DNA from: Gemmatimonadota bacterium
GTDB lineage: Bacteria; Gemmatimonadota; Gemmatimonadetes; Gemmatimonadales; GWC2-71-9
Length of the DNA: 64,000 bases
Assembly (NCBI GenBank): GCA_041487875.1
Contig: JBGPOE010000010.1
Location: 4,453 to 68,452, forward strand
Direction of reading: 5' to 3'
The position numbers and the translations under genes are program-made. Shown here piece after piece: positions 18,586 to 26,565 of the stretch. Within the stretch, counting starts at the first letter, position 1; each line of letters opens with the position of its first letter. The notes beneath the pieces were generated by a model. The model was not told the origin of the DNA, searched no databases, and worked only from the letters and a program-made list of their open reading frames with translations.

Positions 18586-19971
18586 ATGGAGCAGTCCGCT
18601 AAAGAAGCTTGGAAGCGCCTGCTCGAAGAGGCGCGACGTGAATTGTCGGATGCGACGGTGCGCACCTGGCTCGAGCCGGCCGTGCCGATCGCGCTCGACG
18701 ACGACCGTCTCATTGTCGGCGCGCCGGATCAATTCGCCGTCGAATGGAACGAGACGAAGCACGCGAGCCTGCTCGCGCGCGCCGCCGAGCGCGTCCTGGG
18801 CCGCCCGACGGCGGTCGTGTTCCGGGTGCAGGAAGACCGCCAGCACCGCCCGCAGATGGATTTCTTCGTGGCCTCGCGCGACGCGACCACGGCGACCGTG
18901 GGACCGACCGGCCCGACGACGCCGCTCAACGAGCGCTACACGTTCGAGAGCTTCGTCATCGGCAAATCGAACGAGCTCGCCGCCGCCGCGGCGCACGCGG
19001 TGTCCGAAGCCCCCGGCAAGACCTACAACCCGCTCTTCATTTACGGCGCGACCGGGCTCGGAAAGACGCACTTGATGCAGGCGATCGCGCACGCGGTCTT
19101 GCTCAAGGACACGAGCATCCGCGTCGTGTATCTCTCGGCCGAGCAGTTCTTGAACGAAGTCATCGAGTCGATGACCGCGCGGACGACGTCGGAGTTCCGG
19201 CGCCGCTACCGGGAAAACGTCGATCTCTTCCTGATGGACGACGTGCACTTCCTCGCCGGCAAGGAGCGCACACAGGAAGAGTTCTTCCACACCTTCAACG
19301 CGCTGTTCGAGGCGCGCAAGCAGATCGTACTCACGTCCGATCGCGCGCCCAAGGAAATTCCGGGGCTGGAAGACCGGCTCGTCTCCCGCTTCCAGTGGGG
19401 CATGGCGGCCGACATCGGGCACCCGGACCTGGAGCACCGCGTCGCCATCCTGCGCAAGAAGGCACAGCAGGACCACCTCGAGCTCACCATCCCCGACGAC
19501 GTGCTGCGCTTCATCGCCGAGCATGTCCGCTCGAGCGTCCGGGAGCTGGAGGGCTGCATCATCAAGCTGCTGCTCTTCGCGTCGCTCAAAAATCGCGAGA
19601 TCACCATCGAGCTCGCCCGCGAGGCGCTGTCCGACAAGATCCGCCAGGGCGACGACCGCGGCGGCCACCAGTCCCCCGCCACGCCGAGCATCGACCGGGT
19701 CCAGGAAGTCGTGGCCCGGCGGTGGGGCGTGACCCCCGAGGGCCTCCGCTCCAAGGCCCGCACCAAGACCCTTACGGTGCCCCGCCAGGTGGCGATGTAC
19801 CTGGCCCGCGACATGCTGGGGATGCAGCTGGTCGAGATCGGGCAGGCGTTCGGCGGCCGCGATCACTCGACCGTCATTCACAGCGTGGACAAGGTCGAGC
19901 GCCAGATGATGCGCGACCGCGGGTTCAAGGAACGGGTGGAGCAGACGCGGCTGGAGTTGTCCGCACTGTAG
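18586..19971 (+). CDS. dnaA: chromosomal replication initiator protein DnaA
   Basis: Walker A GATGLGKTHL, AAA+ core, and C-terminal DNA-binding domain (VAMYLARDMLGMQLVEIGQAFGGRDHSTVIHS). Confidence 0.97.
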   Translation: MEQSAKEAWKRLLEEARRELSDATVRTWLEPAVPIALDDDRLIVGAPDQFAVEWNETKHASLLARAAERVLGRPTAVVFRVQEDRQHRPQMDFFVASRDATTATVGPTGPTTPLNERYTFESFVIGKSNELAAAAAHAVSEAPGKTYNPLFIYGATGLGKTHLMQAIAHAVLLKDTSIRVVYLSAEQFLNEVIESMTARTTSEFRRRYRENVDLFLMDDVHFLAGKERTQEEFFHTFNALFEARKQIVLTSDRAPKEIPGLEDRLVSRFQWGMAADIGHPDLEHRVAILRKKAQQDHLELTIPDDVLRFIAEHVRSSVRELEGCIIKLLLFASLKNREITIELAREALSDKIRQGDDRGGHQSPATPSIDRVQEVVARRWGVTPEGLRSKARTKTLTVPRQVAMYLARDMLGMQLVEIGQAFGGRDHSTVIHSVDKVERQMMRDRGFKERVEQTRLELSAL

Positions 19972-20207
19972 CCCACATCCGGTGAGGGAAATGTGGGTGG
20001 GGTGTGGGGAGCAGCCCGGTCGCACCGAGTTCTGCCCAAAACGCCAACATCACCCACACGGCCCCAACAGTCGCCGGATGAGGTAGTGGTACGCGGGAGT
20101 CGCGACTTACCTCTGTCGCCAACATTTCCGCACGCTCTACTACTACTACTAGTTTAGAGATATAGTATAGAAGTAGAGTCTTTTCCCACTTGGAATTGTG
20201 GAGCGCC
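19972..20207. other. candidate oriC in the dnaA-dnaN spacer (DnaA-box-like cluster plus AT-rich element)
   Basis: CCCACA/TGTGGG cores lie within 9-mers at 19969-19977, 19992-20000, 20003-20011 and 20050-20058, plus TGTGGAGCG at 20197-20205. Each is a 6-7/9 match to TTATCCACA. The AT-rich tract is at 20138-20187. Confidence 0.55.
20138..20187. repeat. (TAC)4 microsatellite followed by a TAG-rich, AT-rich tract; putative DNA-unwinding element
   Basis: tactactactactagtttagagatatagtatagaagtagagtcttttccc. I counted 16 G+C in 50 nt, in a window that is otherwise roughly two-thirds G+C. Confidence 0.5.
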
Positions 20208-21314
20208 ATGAAGTTCACGATTACACGGGAACAACTGCAGGCCGGGCTGAACGCGGTGTCGGCGGCGATCCCCGCCAAAACGACGCTCCCCGTTCTGTCG
20301 AACGTGCTGGTCGAGGCCACCAAGCAAGGGCTCCGTCTGTCCGGTACCGATCTCGACATCGCGGTCAGCACCACCGTCGCGGCCGACATCGATGCCGAAG
20401 GCAGCGTCACCCTCCCCGCGAAGAAGCTGGCCGATATCGCGCGCGAGCTTCCCTCCGCTCCGATCCGGATCACCGCAGCCGGCGAGCAGCGCGTCTCGAT
20501 CGAGTGCGGGCGCTCGAAGTTCAAGCTGCTGGGCCTGCCGCGCGAGGAGTTTCCGTCCTTCCCCGCCGTGAAGTTCGACAGCGCATGGAAAGCCCAGGCG
20601 GGGGTGGTGCACAAGCTGGTGGGGCACGTCGCTTTCGCCGCCTCCACGGAAGAGAGCCGGCCCATCCTGAACGGTGTCCTCTGGGAGTTGCGCCCCGATC
20701 GGATGCGGATGGTGGCGACCAACGGCCACCGCTTGGCGAAAATGGACGTGCCGGCGAGCGGCGGCTCGACCGCCGACTTGATCGTGCCGCCCAAAGCTCT
20801 GGAGCAGATCCGCCGGCTCTTCCCCGCGGACGCGGAAATCGAGATTGCCAAGAGCGACAATCACCTGGGCTTTCGCTCCGCCACGACGCTCGTGTTCTCA
20901 CGCCTGATCGAGGGGCCCTACCCCCCCTACGAGCAGGTCATTCCGCGCGAGAACGACAAGATCGCCACCGTGGACAGAGAAGCGATGGCCGGCGCGCTCC
21001 GCCGCATGAGCGTCGTCGCGAGTGACCAGACGCACCGGATCCGGCTCGCGTTCTCGAGCGGCGCAGTCAAGTTCTCGGTGCAGACGCCCGACCTAGGTGA
21101 GGCCCAGGACGAGCTCGCGGTCACCTACGACGGCGAGCCGCTGGAGATCGGCTTCAACGCGACGTATCTACTGGAGATTCTGAAGTACATGCCCACCGAC
21201 GAAGTGCGCATCACCTTCAAGGCGCCCGAGCGGGCCGCGACGGTCGAGCCGGTGGGCTGGAACGATCCGGCGAGCTTCATGGCGCTGGTGATGCCGCTGC
21301 GTCTGGTCGACTAG
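20208..21314 (+). CDS. dnaN: DNA polymerase III beta sliding clamp
   Basis: MKFTITREQLQAGLNAVSAAIPAKTTLPVLSNVL N-terminus; 368 aa. GGAG RBS at 20200-20203. The ORF-track start 20190 is upstream of the conserved N-terminus. Confidence 0.95.
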   Translation: MKFTITREQLQAGLNAVSAAIPAKTTLPVLSNVLVEATKQGLRLSGTDLDIAVSTTVAADIDAEGSVTLPAKKLADIARELPSAPIRITAAGEQRVSIECGRSKFKLLGLPREEFPSFPAVKFDSAWKAQAGVVHKLVGHVAFAASTEESRPILNGVLWELRPDRMRMVATNGHRLAKMDVPASGGSTADLIVPPKALEQIRRLFPADAEIEIAKSDNHLGFRSATTLVFSRLIEGPYPPYEQVIPRENDKIATVDREAMAGALRRMSVVASDQTHRIRLAFSSGAVKFSVQTPDLGEAQDELAVTYDGEPLEIGFNATYLLEILKYMPTDEVRITFKAPERAATVEPVGWNDPASFMALVMPLRLVD

Positions 21315-22193
21315 TTCCCGCAGCGAATCGGTCGTCGTATCCGTCTTCACATGTAGGGTGTCCACGAGCAGCGAGTCCACCACCGGCGGGATCCGCGGTA
21401 GTTCGATCGCCGGCGGGACCATCGAATCCACCTCTTGCTCGATCGGAATCACGACGTCGCGGCCGTGGAAGCGCGCCAGGATCAGGTCCCGGCGCGCGAG
21501 CATGCGCGCGGGGCGCAAGAACGGGTTCGACGTAAGCGGCTGCGGCAGCGTCGCGGCGAGCTCGGCCGCCTGCCCTTCCTCGAGCTGCGACGGCGCCACG
21601 CCGAAGTAAGTCCGGCTGGCAGCGTCGGCACCCCAGACGTCGGGGCCCCACTCCACCAGGCCGAGATACAGCTCGAGGATGCGATCCTTGGGGAGCGTGA
21701 GCTCGAGCCGCAGCGCCGTAACCGCCTCCTTCAGTTTGCGCAGCGGATTGCGTGAGGGCGAGAGATACAGGTTCTTGGCGAGCTGCTGGGTGATGGTGCT
21801 CGCGCCGCGCAGCTGGTCGCGCCGTCGCCACACGGTCGCCACTGTGCGGGTGACGCTCATCCCGCGGTCCAGCTGCAGCGCATCCGCGATCTCGGTGAAA
21901 TCGATTCCGTGATGGCTGCGGAAGCGCGAGTCCTCGCCGATGATCACCATGCGCTGGAGGACGGGCGAGATCTCGCTCAGCGGAGCCGGGCGGTACGACC
22001 GGCACGCGGTGGCGCTCGCCCGCCCGCTCGCCCGACTGCCCGGGCCATGCTCGCGCATCATCGCTGTGCACCCCGGCCAGTGAGTTCGCCACCACACGGG
22101 CGGCGGCCACACCCCGAAAGCCCACAGCGCGGCGACCAGCACTGCCCCGCCGAGCGCGCGGCGCAAACGGTGGCGATCAGCCGGTGCGGTCAT
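21168..22193 (-). CDS. mtgA: monofunctional peptidoglycan glycosyltransferase (GT51)
   Basis: GEDSRFRSHHGIDF, GASTITQQLAKNLYL and RKLKEAV motifs; N-terminal TM helix. The ~100-aa C-terminal tail runs 147 nt into the 3' end of dnaN on the opposite strand. Confidence 0.8.
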   Translation of the reverse strand: MTAPADRHRLRRALGGAVLVAALWAFGVWPPPVWWRTHWPGCTAMMREHGPGSRASGRASATACRSYRPAPLSEISPVLQRMVIIGEDSRFRSHHGIDFTEIADALQLDRGMSVTRTVATVWRRRDQLRGASTITQQLAKNLYLSPSRNPLRKLKEAVTALRLELTLPKDRILELYLGLVEWGPDVWGADAASRTYFGVAPSQLEEGQAAELAATLPQPLTSNPFLRPARMLARRDLILARFHGRDVVIPIEQEVDSMVPPAIELPRIPPVVDSLLVDTLHVKTDTTTDSLRELVDQTQRHHQRHEARRIVPAHRLDRRGPLGRLEGDAHFVGGHVLQNLQ

Positions 22194-22204
22194 CAGCTCC
22201 GCGA

Positions 22205-22978
22205 CTAGCGGTGGTGAGGTGCTCGGGCGGAGATCCCGTAGATGTCGGCCTCATTCACTCCGCTGAGATCGCCCGGCGCGGTCGCGACGACGCCGACGGC
22301 ATCGCGTACTCCCAGCGAAATACCGAGGGCGAAACCTGCCCGGCGCAGGTGACGGTCGGTATCGATCCGCGCCAACATGCCGAAGCGCGAATGAGCCGGC
22401 CCGCCCCAGCGGATGCCCGCGGCGTAGCCGCCCTGACCGCCCGAGGCGAGCCGGGCGTGGGCAGAGATCGCGGTGCGCGCGCCGAACCGCCACGTGACGG
22501 CGGGTTCGACGGTGAACGGCTCTTGGAACCCGCGGACCATGGGCTGGCCGATGTTCGCGAACACGGCGCCGAGCGTGATCTCGGGTCGCACCAGGTACGT
22601 CAGACCCAGGTCCCAGCCCATCGAGTGCGCCCCACCCCGGTACACGGCGGTCGCGAAGCCCACGGTGAGCCCGCGCGTTCCGCCCGCCAAGCCCAAGCGG
22701 TACGTGGTGCCGGTCACGCCGCCGCCGAACAGGTCGCGCTGATAGCCGAATGCCAAGCCACTCGAGTTGAAGCCCGCCGTGATCTGGCGCAGGCGCCCGC
22801 GCGCGCCCGGGCTCCCGACCGCGAGATCCAGGTGCACCGACGCGTCACGCACGACGGCCAAGCCCGCGGGGTTGACCCAGATGGCGCGGGCGTCGGCGAC
22901 GTCAGTGGGATGGAGGTACAGCGTGGTGCGGTTGGCCGCGACTTGCGCCTGGGCCCCGGCCGCGCCGCACAGCAACAC
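22205..22978 (-). CDS. putative outer-membrane beta-barrel protein (NPAGLA motif)
   Basis: Alternating Gly/aromatic beta-strand-like pattern. WVNPAGLA near the N-terminus occurs in FadL/PorV-like barrels. GTG start gives only a short signal-like AGAQAQ segment, so the start is uncertain. Confidence 0.45.
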   Translation of the reverse strand: MLLCGAAGAQAQVAANRTTLYLHPTDVADARAIWVNPAGLAVVRDASVHLDLAVGSPGARGRLRQITAGFNSSGLAFGYQRDLFGGGVTGTTYRLGLAGGTRGLTVGFATAVYRGGAHSMGWDLGLTYLVRPEITLGAVFANIGQPMVRGFQEPFTVEPAVTWRFGARTAISAHARLASGGQGGYAAGIRWGGPAHSRFGMLARIDTDRHLRRAGFALGISLGVRDAVGVVATAPGDLSGVNEADIYGISARAPHHR

Positions 22979-23007
22979 GGCGAGCGCGCGGCCCGCCCGG
23001 CGCCCGA

Positions 23008-23886
23008 TTACGGCAGCACCTGTATCGTAACGTGCACCACGCGGCGGCCGGGGAGCCGGCCCGCCATCGGGAACACGAATGCGAGCTCGGTGGAGTCGGC
23101 CGTCTCGCCGCCCAGGTAGCGCCCGTCCAGCGCGACGTAGGTCATACCGGTTTCCGTGCTCTGGCCTTCGATGGTGAACGTCTGGCCGTTCGCATCGCCG
23201 CCGCCCGAGAGCACCAAGCTGGAGGCGAAACGGATTTCGAGGCTCTGCACACCGCCGTGCCCGGACGAGGCCGCGGCGTGCGCGTCCGTGGCGCCCCGGG
23301 TGATCACGACCGCGGCGCCCGCCGTGTCGGTCGTCGCCACCGTGTCGGTCCAGCTCGTGCCCGGAGCGACGCCCCCGTGCGGCAGCCGCAGATAGAAGTT
23401 GCGGAACCCGCCCAGAATCTGCCCGGTGAGTCGCGCCTGGCCGGAGTCGGAGGGCACCGCCTTGCGAAACTCGCCCTGGGGCGTGAGGCGGCCCCGGTAG
23501 GCAAGGCCCCGCGCGCCGTCCACACTCAGCGGCGGCGGCAGCACGGAGCCCGAATCCAGCACGATGGAATCGGCGGTCAGTGTCGTCGGGTACCCGACAC
23601 TATCGGCTGGGCCCGTAATCGTGGCCGAAACGTAGACGCGGTATCCCAGATCCTGGACCTGCGTCCCCATCCCGTAGTCCTGCTCCACATGGAGGCGCTG
23701 ATGCATCACGTAGCGGAGCGCGCTGGGCCCGTACAACACCCTGGCGGGGGCGGCGGGTGGCGGGGGCGCGGGAACCGCGGCGGGTGGTTGTGTGGCCGCC
23801 GGAGTGGGCGACGGCGGCATCGGCCGCGGCGTGGCGCAGGCGACCGCGAGGGCCGCCGCGGCGAAACATCGCGTCACCAGTCGCAC
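23008..23886 (-). CDS. hypothetical lipoprotein with Pro-rich linker
   Basis: GTG 23886 gives VRLVTRCFAAAALAVAC (lipobox) followed by PRPMPPSPTPAATQPP. The longer ORF-track form (to 24147) would run into rnpB. Confidence 0.5.
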   Translation of the reverse strand: MRLVTRCFAAAALAVACATPRPMPPSPTPAATQPPAAVPAPPPPAAPARVLYGPSALRYVMHQRLHVEQDYGMGTQVQDLGYRVYVSATITGPADSVGYPTTLTADSIVLDSGSVLPPPLSVDGARGLAYRGRLTPQGEFRKAVPSDSGQARLTGQILGGFRNFYLRLPHGGVAPGTSWTDTVATTDTAGAAVVITRGATDAHAAASSGHGGVQSLEIRFASSLVLSGGGDANGQTFTIEGQSTETGMTYVALDGRYLGGETADSTELAFVFPMAGRLPGRRVVHVTIQVLP

Positions 23887-23897
23887 CGGTCCCCCTC

Positions 23898-24125
23898 TCA
23901 GGTTCCTGCCGAACGATCGCTCTTGGTGCGACCGAAAATGGCGACGAGCTCCGGACCGTCGCTCGTCACGCGCAACAATTTCCAGCCGCGCTTCCGCATG
24001 TCCGTCCGCCACACGATCAGTTTCTCCCACTCCGCCGCCGTGGTGCGGAACACCCGCAGATCGGCGACGGACTCCCATTGCGCGGGATACGGTTTTCGGG
24101 ACGAGGGAGAGGAAGGCAGGGCCAT
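23898..24125 (-). CDS. hypothetical small protein (up to 75 aa)
   Basis: Strong G/C third-position bias. The segment RGWKLLRVTSDGPELVAIFGR looks globular. The ATG start overlaps the predicted 3' end of rnpB by about 20 nt, so the start is uncertain. Confidence 0.4.
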   Translation of the reverse strand: MALPSSPSSRKPYPAQWESVADLRVFRTTAAEWEKLIVWRTDMRKRGWKLLRVTSDGPELVAIFGRTKSDRSAGT

Positions 24126-24487
24126 AAGCCGAGTTCTGTTTGGTCACCGTGAGGCGACCAGATGGTCATCTCTCTGGGATGGCTGTCGCCAGCCACCTCG
24201 CGCGGCCTACCCGCAGCTCGAGCGACCCGGGCCGGGTCTCGCTGCTTATTTGGCCTTGCTCCGACTGGGGGTTGCCGTGCCACGTCCGTTGCCGAACGCG
24301 CGGTGGGCTCTTACCCCGCCGTTTCACCCTTACCCCTTGGATAAAAAGGGGCGGTCTGTTCTCTGTGGCCCTATCCGTCGCCTTGCGGCGCCCAGGCGTT
24401 ACCTGGCAGTCTGCCCTGTGGAGCTCGGACTTTCCTCGACACGCCACTCCTGCCAGCGTGCCGCGACCATCGCGCCCTGCCCCCTCC
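24106..24487 (-). ncRNA. rnpB: RNase P RNA, bacterial type A
   Basis: The minus strand reads CGAGGAAAGTCCGAGCTC (24438-24421), GGGTGAAACGGCGGGGTAAGAGCCCACCGCG (24329-24299) and ACAGAACTCGGCTTAT (24139-24124). The P4 halves GTCCGAGC/ACTCGGCTT covary relative to E. coli GUCCGGGC/ACCCGGCUU. The ends (P1) are approximate. Confidence 0.85.
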
Positions 24488-24540
24488 AGTGTGAAAGGTA
24501 GACGCTGCCGTCCACTGCAAGCAAGCGGGGCCGCAAAGGC

Positions 24541-26565
24541 CTATCGCTCCTTCATTAGCCGCCGGACCAGTCGGGCCAGGCTATCCCCGTGCACCGCCCC
24601 GGCCAGCACGTCGGCGGCGGCGGGGATCCAGAACCCATCATTCTCATCGAAGGCGACGCGCCGCAGCCGCGGCCAATCGGCGGGGGCCACCCGTCGCGGC
24701 AGAATGGCCATGGCGGTGAGGACGGGAATGCCGCGCGCGGCGTAGCGCGCCACCAGGGCGCGCCCGTCCGGCTCCGGCGTCAACAAGATGACCGGCGCAT
24801 TGGGGCCCGACAGACCGCGCAACAGGCCCAGGCGGAACCAATCCGCCGGCGCCACGTCGGCGCGCAATGCGAACAGCAAATCGGGCCGCGCGCGGCGCGC
24901 CGCCGTCCGGAGGGCCCGCACGCGTTCCGCCACGGCGGCTTCGAGCGCGCTGTCGTACGACGCCAGCAGGCCCGTCTCCTCGAGCGAGTCAGCGAGTGTT
25001 GCTGGTGACAACGCCGCGAAGCCCACGCTCCGCGTGGAGTCGAGCGCGCCGGCACGCACTAGCGCCGCAATCCCGGCCCGCGCGACCGCGGGGCAGAAGG
25101 AATCCGCGGGCGGCGCGCCCTCGACGTCCACTGCCACCGCGGGAACCAGGTCCCGTTGCTCCGCGGCCAGGCGTGCCAAGGCCCGCGCGGCCGGCAGCAG
25201 TTGGCGCGTCCAGAACTCGGGTGCGAGGGGGCACACCGGACCGGGCAGCGAGTCGCTCGCGGGCGGGAAGTCCCGGAAGTCGAGTACGGGAATCCAGTAT
25301 TGGCTCGTCGCCGCGAGTCGATCGGCGGTGGCCCGCCACAGTGCGCGCGTCGCATCGCGCTGCCACGTGGGTACGACCACGGAGTCGGGCGCCGTCTGAG
25401 GGTACGCGACGCTGGCGAGCCCGGTGAGGTTACCCACTTGCATGAACGCGACGAGCGAATCGAGCAACAGGCCGCCCCGTGCCGCGGGCGCGGCATCGAT
25501 GCCGGTCAACGGCTGGCGCAGCCACGCGAGCCGCAGTCCGTGCCGCAGCAGCCAGTCGGGCAGCGCCGCTGGGCTGGTGTCATGACGCGCCAACAACTCG
25601 GGCAGCGGCCGTGCGTCGGCGCCGAGCGGCGCAGCGAGCGGCGCCGCCTTGACCGGTATCGCGCGTGGGGCGTCTAACACCGCCAGGCGGGTGTGTCGCG
25701 CCGCCGGCGGGATGCTGGCCCACTCGGCCGGTCGGCGGGTCCATCGCGCGAGTGCCACGAGGAAGGCACGCGCGCGCTCCAGCCCGTCGCCGTCGAGCCA
25801 GGGCATCGTGCTGGGCCGCAGATCGGGGCCGAGCGCGTTCAACAGCTGCCGGCTCGCCACCACGATCAGCCCCGCCTCGACGCGGCTTGCGGCGATCACG
25901 GGCGAGCGGTGGCGACCGCTGGGCTTGGCGTTGGGTGGGCGCACGAATGCCGCGCCCGACGCGCGCGCCAGCGCCGCCGCTTCCCGCGGGACGCGCAGCG
26001 CGTGGTTGCGCCCCCCGGGGAACGGGTCGAATCCCCCCTCGCGTGGCCCCGAGCCCGCGCGTGGTGCGATACGGGGCTGGGGCGCGAGCGCCGCCGGTGG
26101 CGATAACGTGTCCTGCAGTGGCTCCGCGCTGATCGCGATTCCCGTCCCCGCTGCCGCGAGCCAGCGATTCAACACCCAGCGGTCGGCGGAGCCCGCGGCG
26201 TCGCCCGCGTAGCCCAGCACCACCACGCCGCCCCGCGCCGTCCATTCACCCAGCAGCGCCAGATCGGCCGTGTTGAGAGGATCCGATGGGCCCTCGGGTG
26301 CCGCTCCACCCAGCAGGATCAGGGTGCGATAGCGGGCCAGGTCGCCGCGCGTGATATGCGGATAGAAACGGCGATAGTCGACGCGGTACCCCGCTGCGCT
26401 CCAGGGCTCCGCCAGCGCGTTCAGCACGATGGGGTCGGCCTGCATCTGATCGAGCACGAGCAGGCGCCGTGCCTGCGGCTGGCAGGCGGCCAGCAGCAGA
26501 GCGGCGGCGGCGACCGCGCCTCGCCACGATGGTCCGATCATTTCGCCCTTGATGCTACCCGGCAA
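24541..26565 (-). CDS. hypothetical lipoprotein (674 aa), function unknown
   Basis: Signal/lipobox AAAALLLAAC. Long ORF with coding-type composition. Its start overlaps the stop of the upstream kinase gene by 11 nt. I recognise no catalytic motif. Confidence 0.6.
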   Translation of the reverse strand: MPGSIKGEMIGPSWRGAVAAAALLLAACQPQARRLLVLDQMQADPIVLNALAEPWSAAGYRVDYRRFYPHITRGDLARYRTLILLGGAAPEGPSDPLNTADLALLGEWTARGGVVVLGYAGDAAGSADRWVLNRWLAAAGTGIAISAEPLQDTLSPPAALAPQPRIAPRAGSGPREGGFDPFPGGRNHALRVPREAAALARASGAAFVRPPNAKPSGRHRSPVIAASRVEAGLIVVASRQLLNALGPDLRPSTMPWLDGDGLERARAFLVALARWTRRPAEWASIPPAARHTRLAVLDAPRAIPVKAAPLAAPLGADARPLPELLARHDTSPAALPDWLLRHGLRLAWLRQPLTGIDAAPAARGGLLLDSLVAFMQVGNLTGLASVAYPQTAPDSVVVPTWQRDATRALWRATADRLAATSQYWIPVLDFRDFPPASDSLPGPVCPLAPEFWTRQLLPAARALARLAAEQRDLVPAVAVDVEGAPPADSFCPAVARAGIAALVRAGALDSTRSVGFAALSPATLADSLEETGLLASYDSALEAAVAERVRALRTAARRARPDLLFALRADVAPADWFRLGLLRGLSGPNAPVILLTPEPDGRALVARYAARGIPVLTAMAILPRRVAPADWPRLRRVAFDENDGFWIPAAADVLAGAVHGDSLARLVRRLMKER

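Noticed and set aside
20138-20187. An AT-rich, repeat-containing island considered as a possible mobile-element end, CRISPR leader or foreign insert.
   Set aside because: It is only about 50 nt long. There are no flanking direct or inverted repeats, integrase, or spacer-repeat periodicity. Its position between dnaA and dnaN fits an origin unwinding element far better.
23887-24147. The N-terminal 87 codons of the ORF-track entry 23008..24147(-).
   Set aside because: This extension would overlap the 3' part of rnpB. It precedes a perfect lipoprotein signal that begins at GTG 23886 and has no coding-like features, so I prefer the short form.
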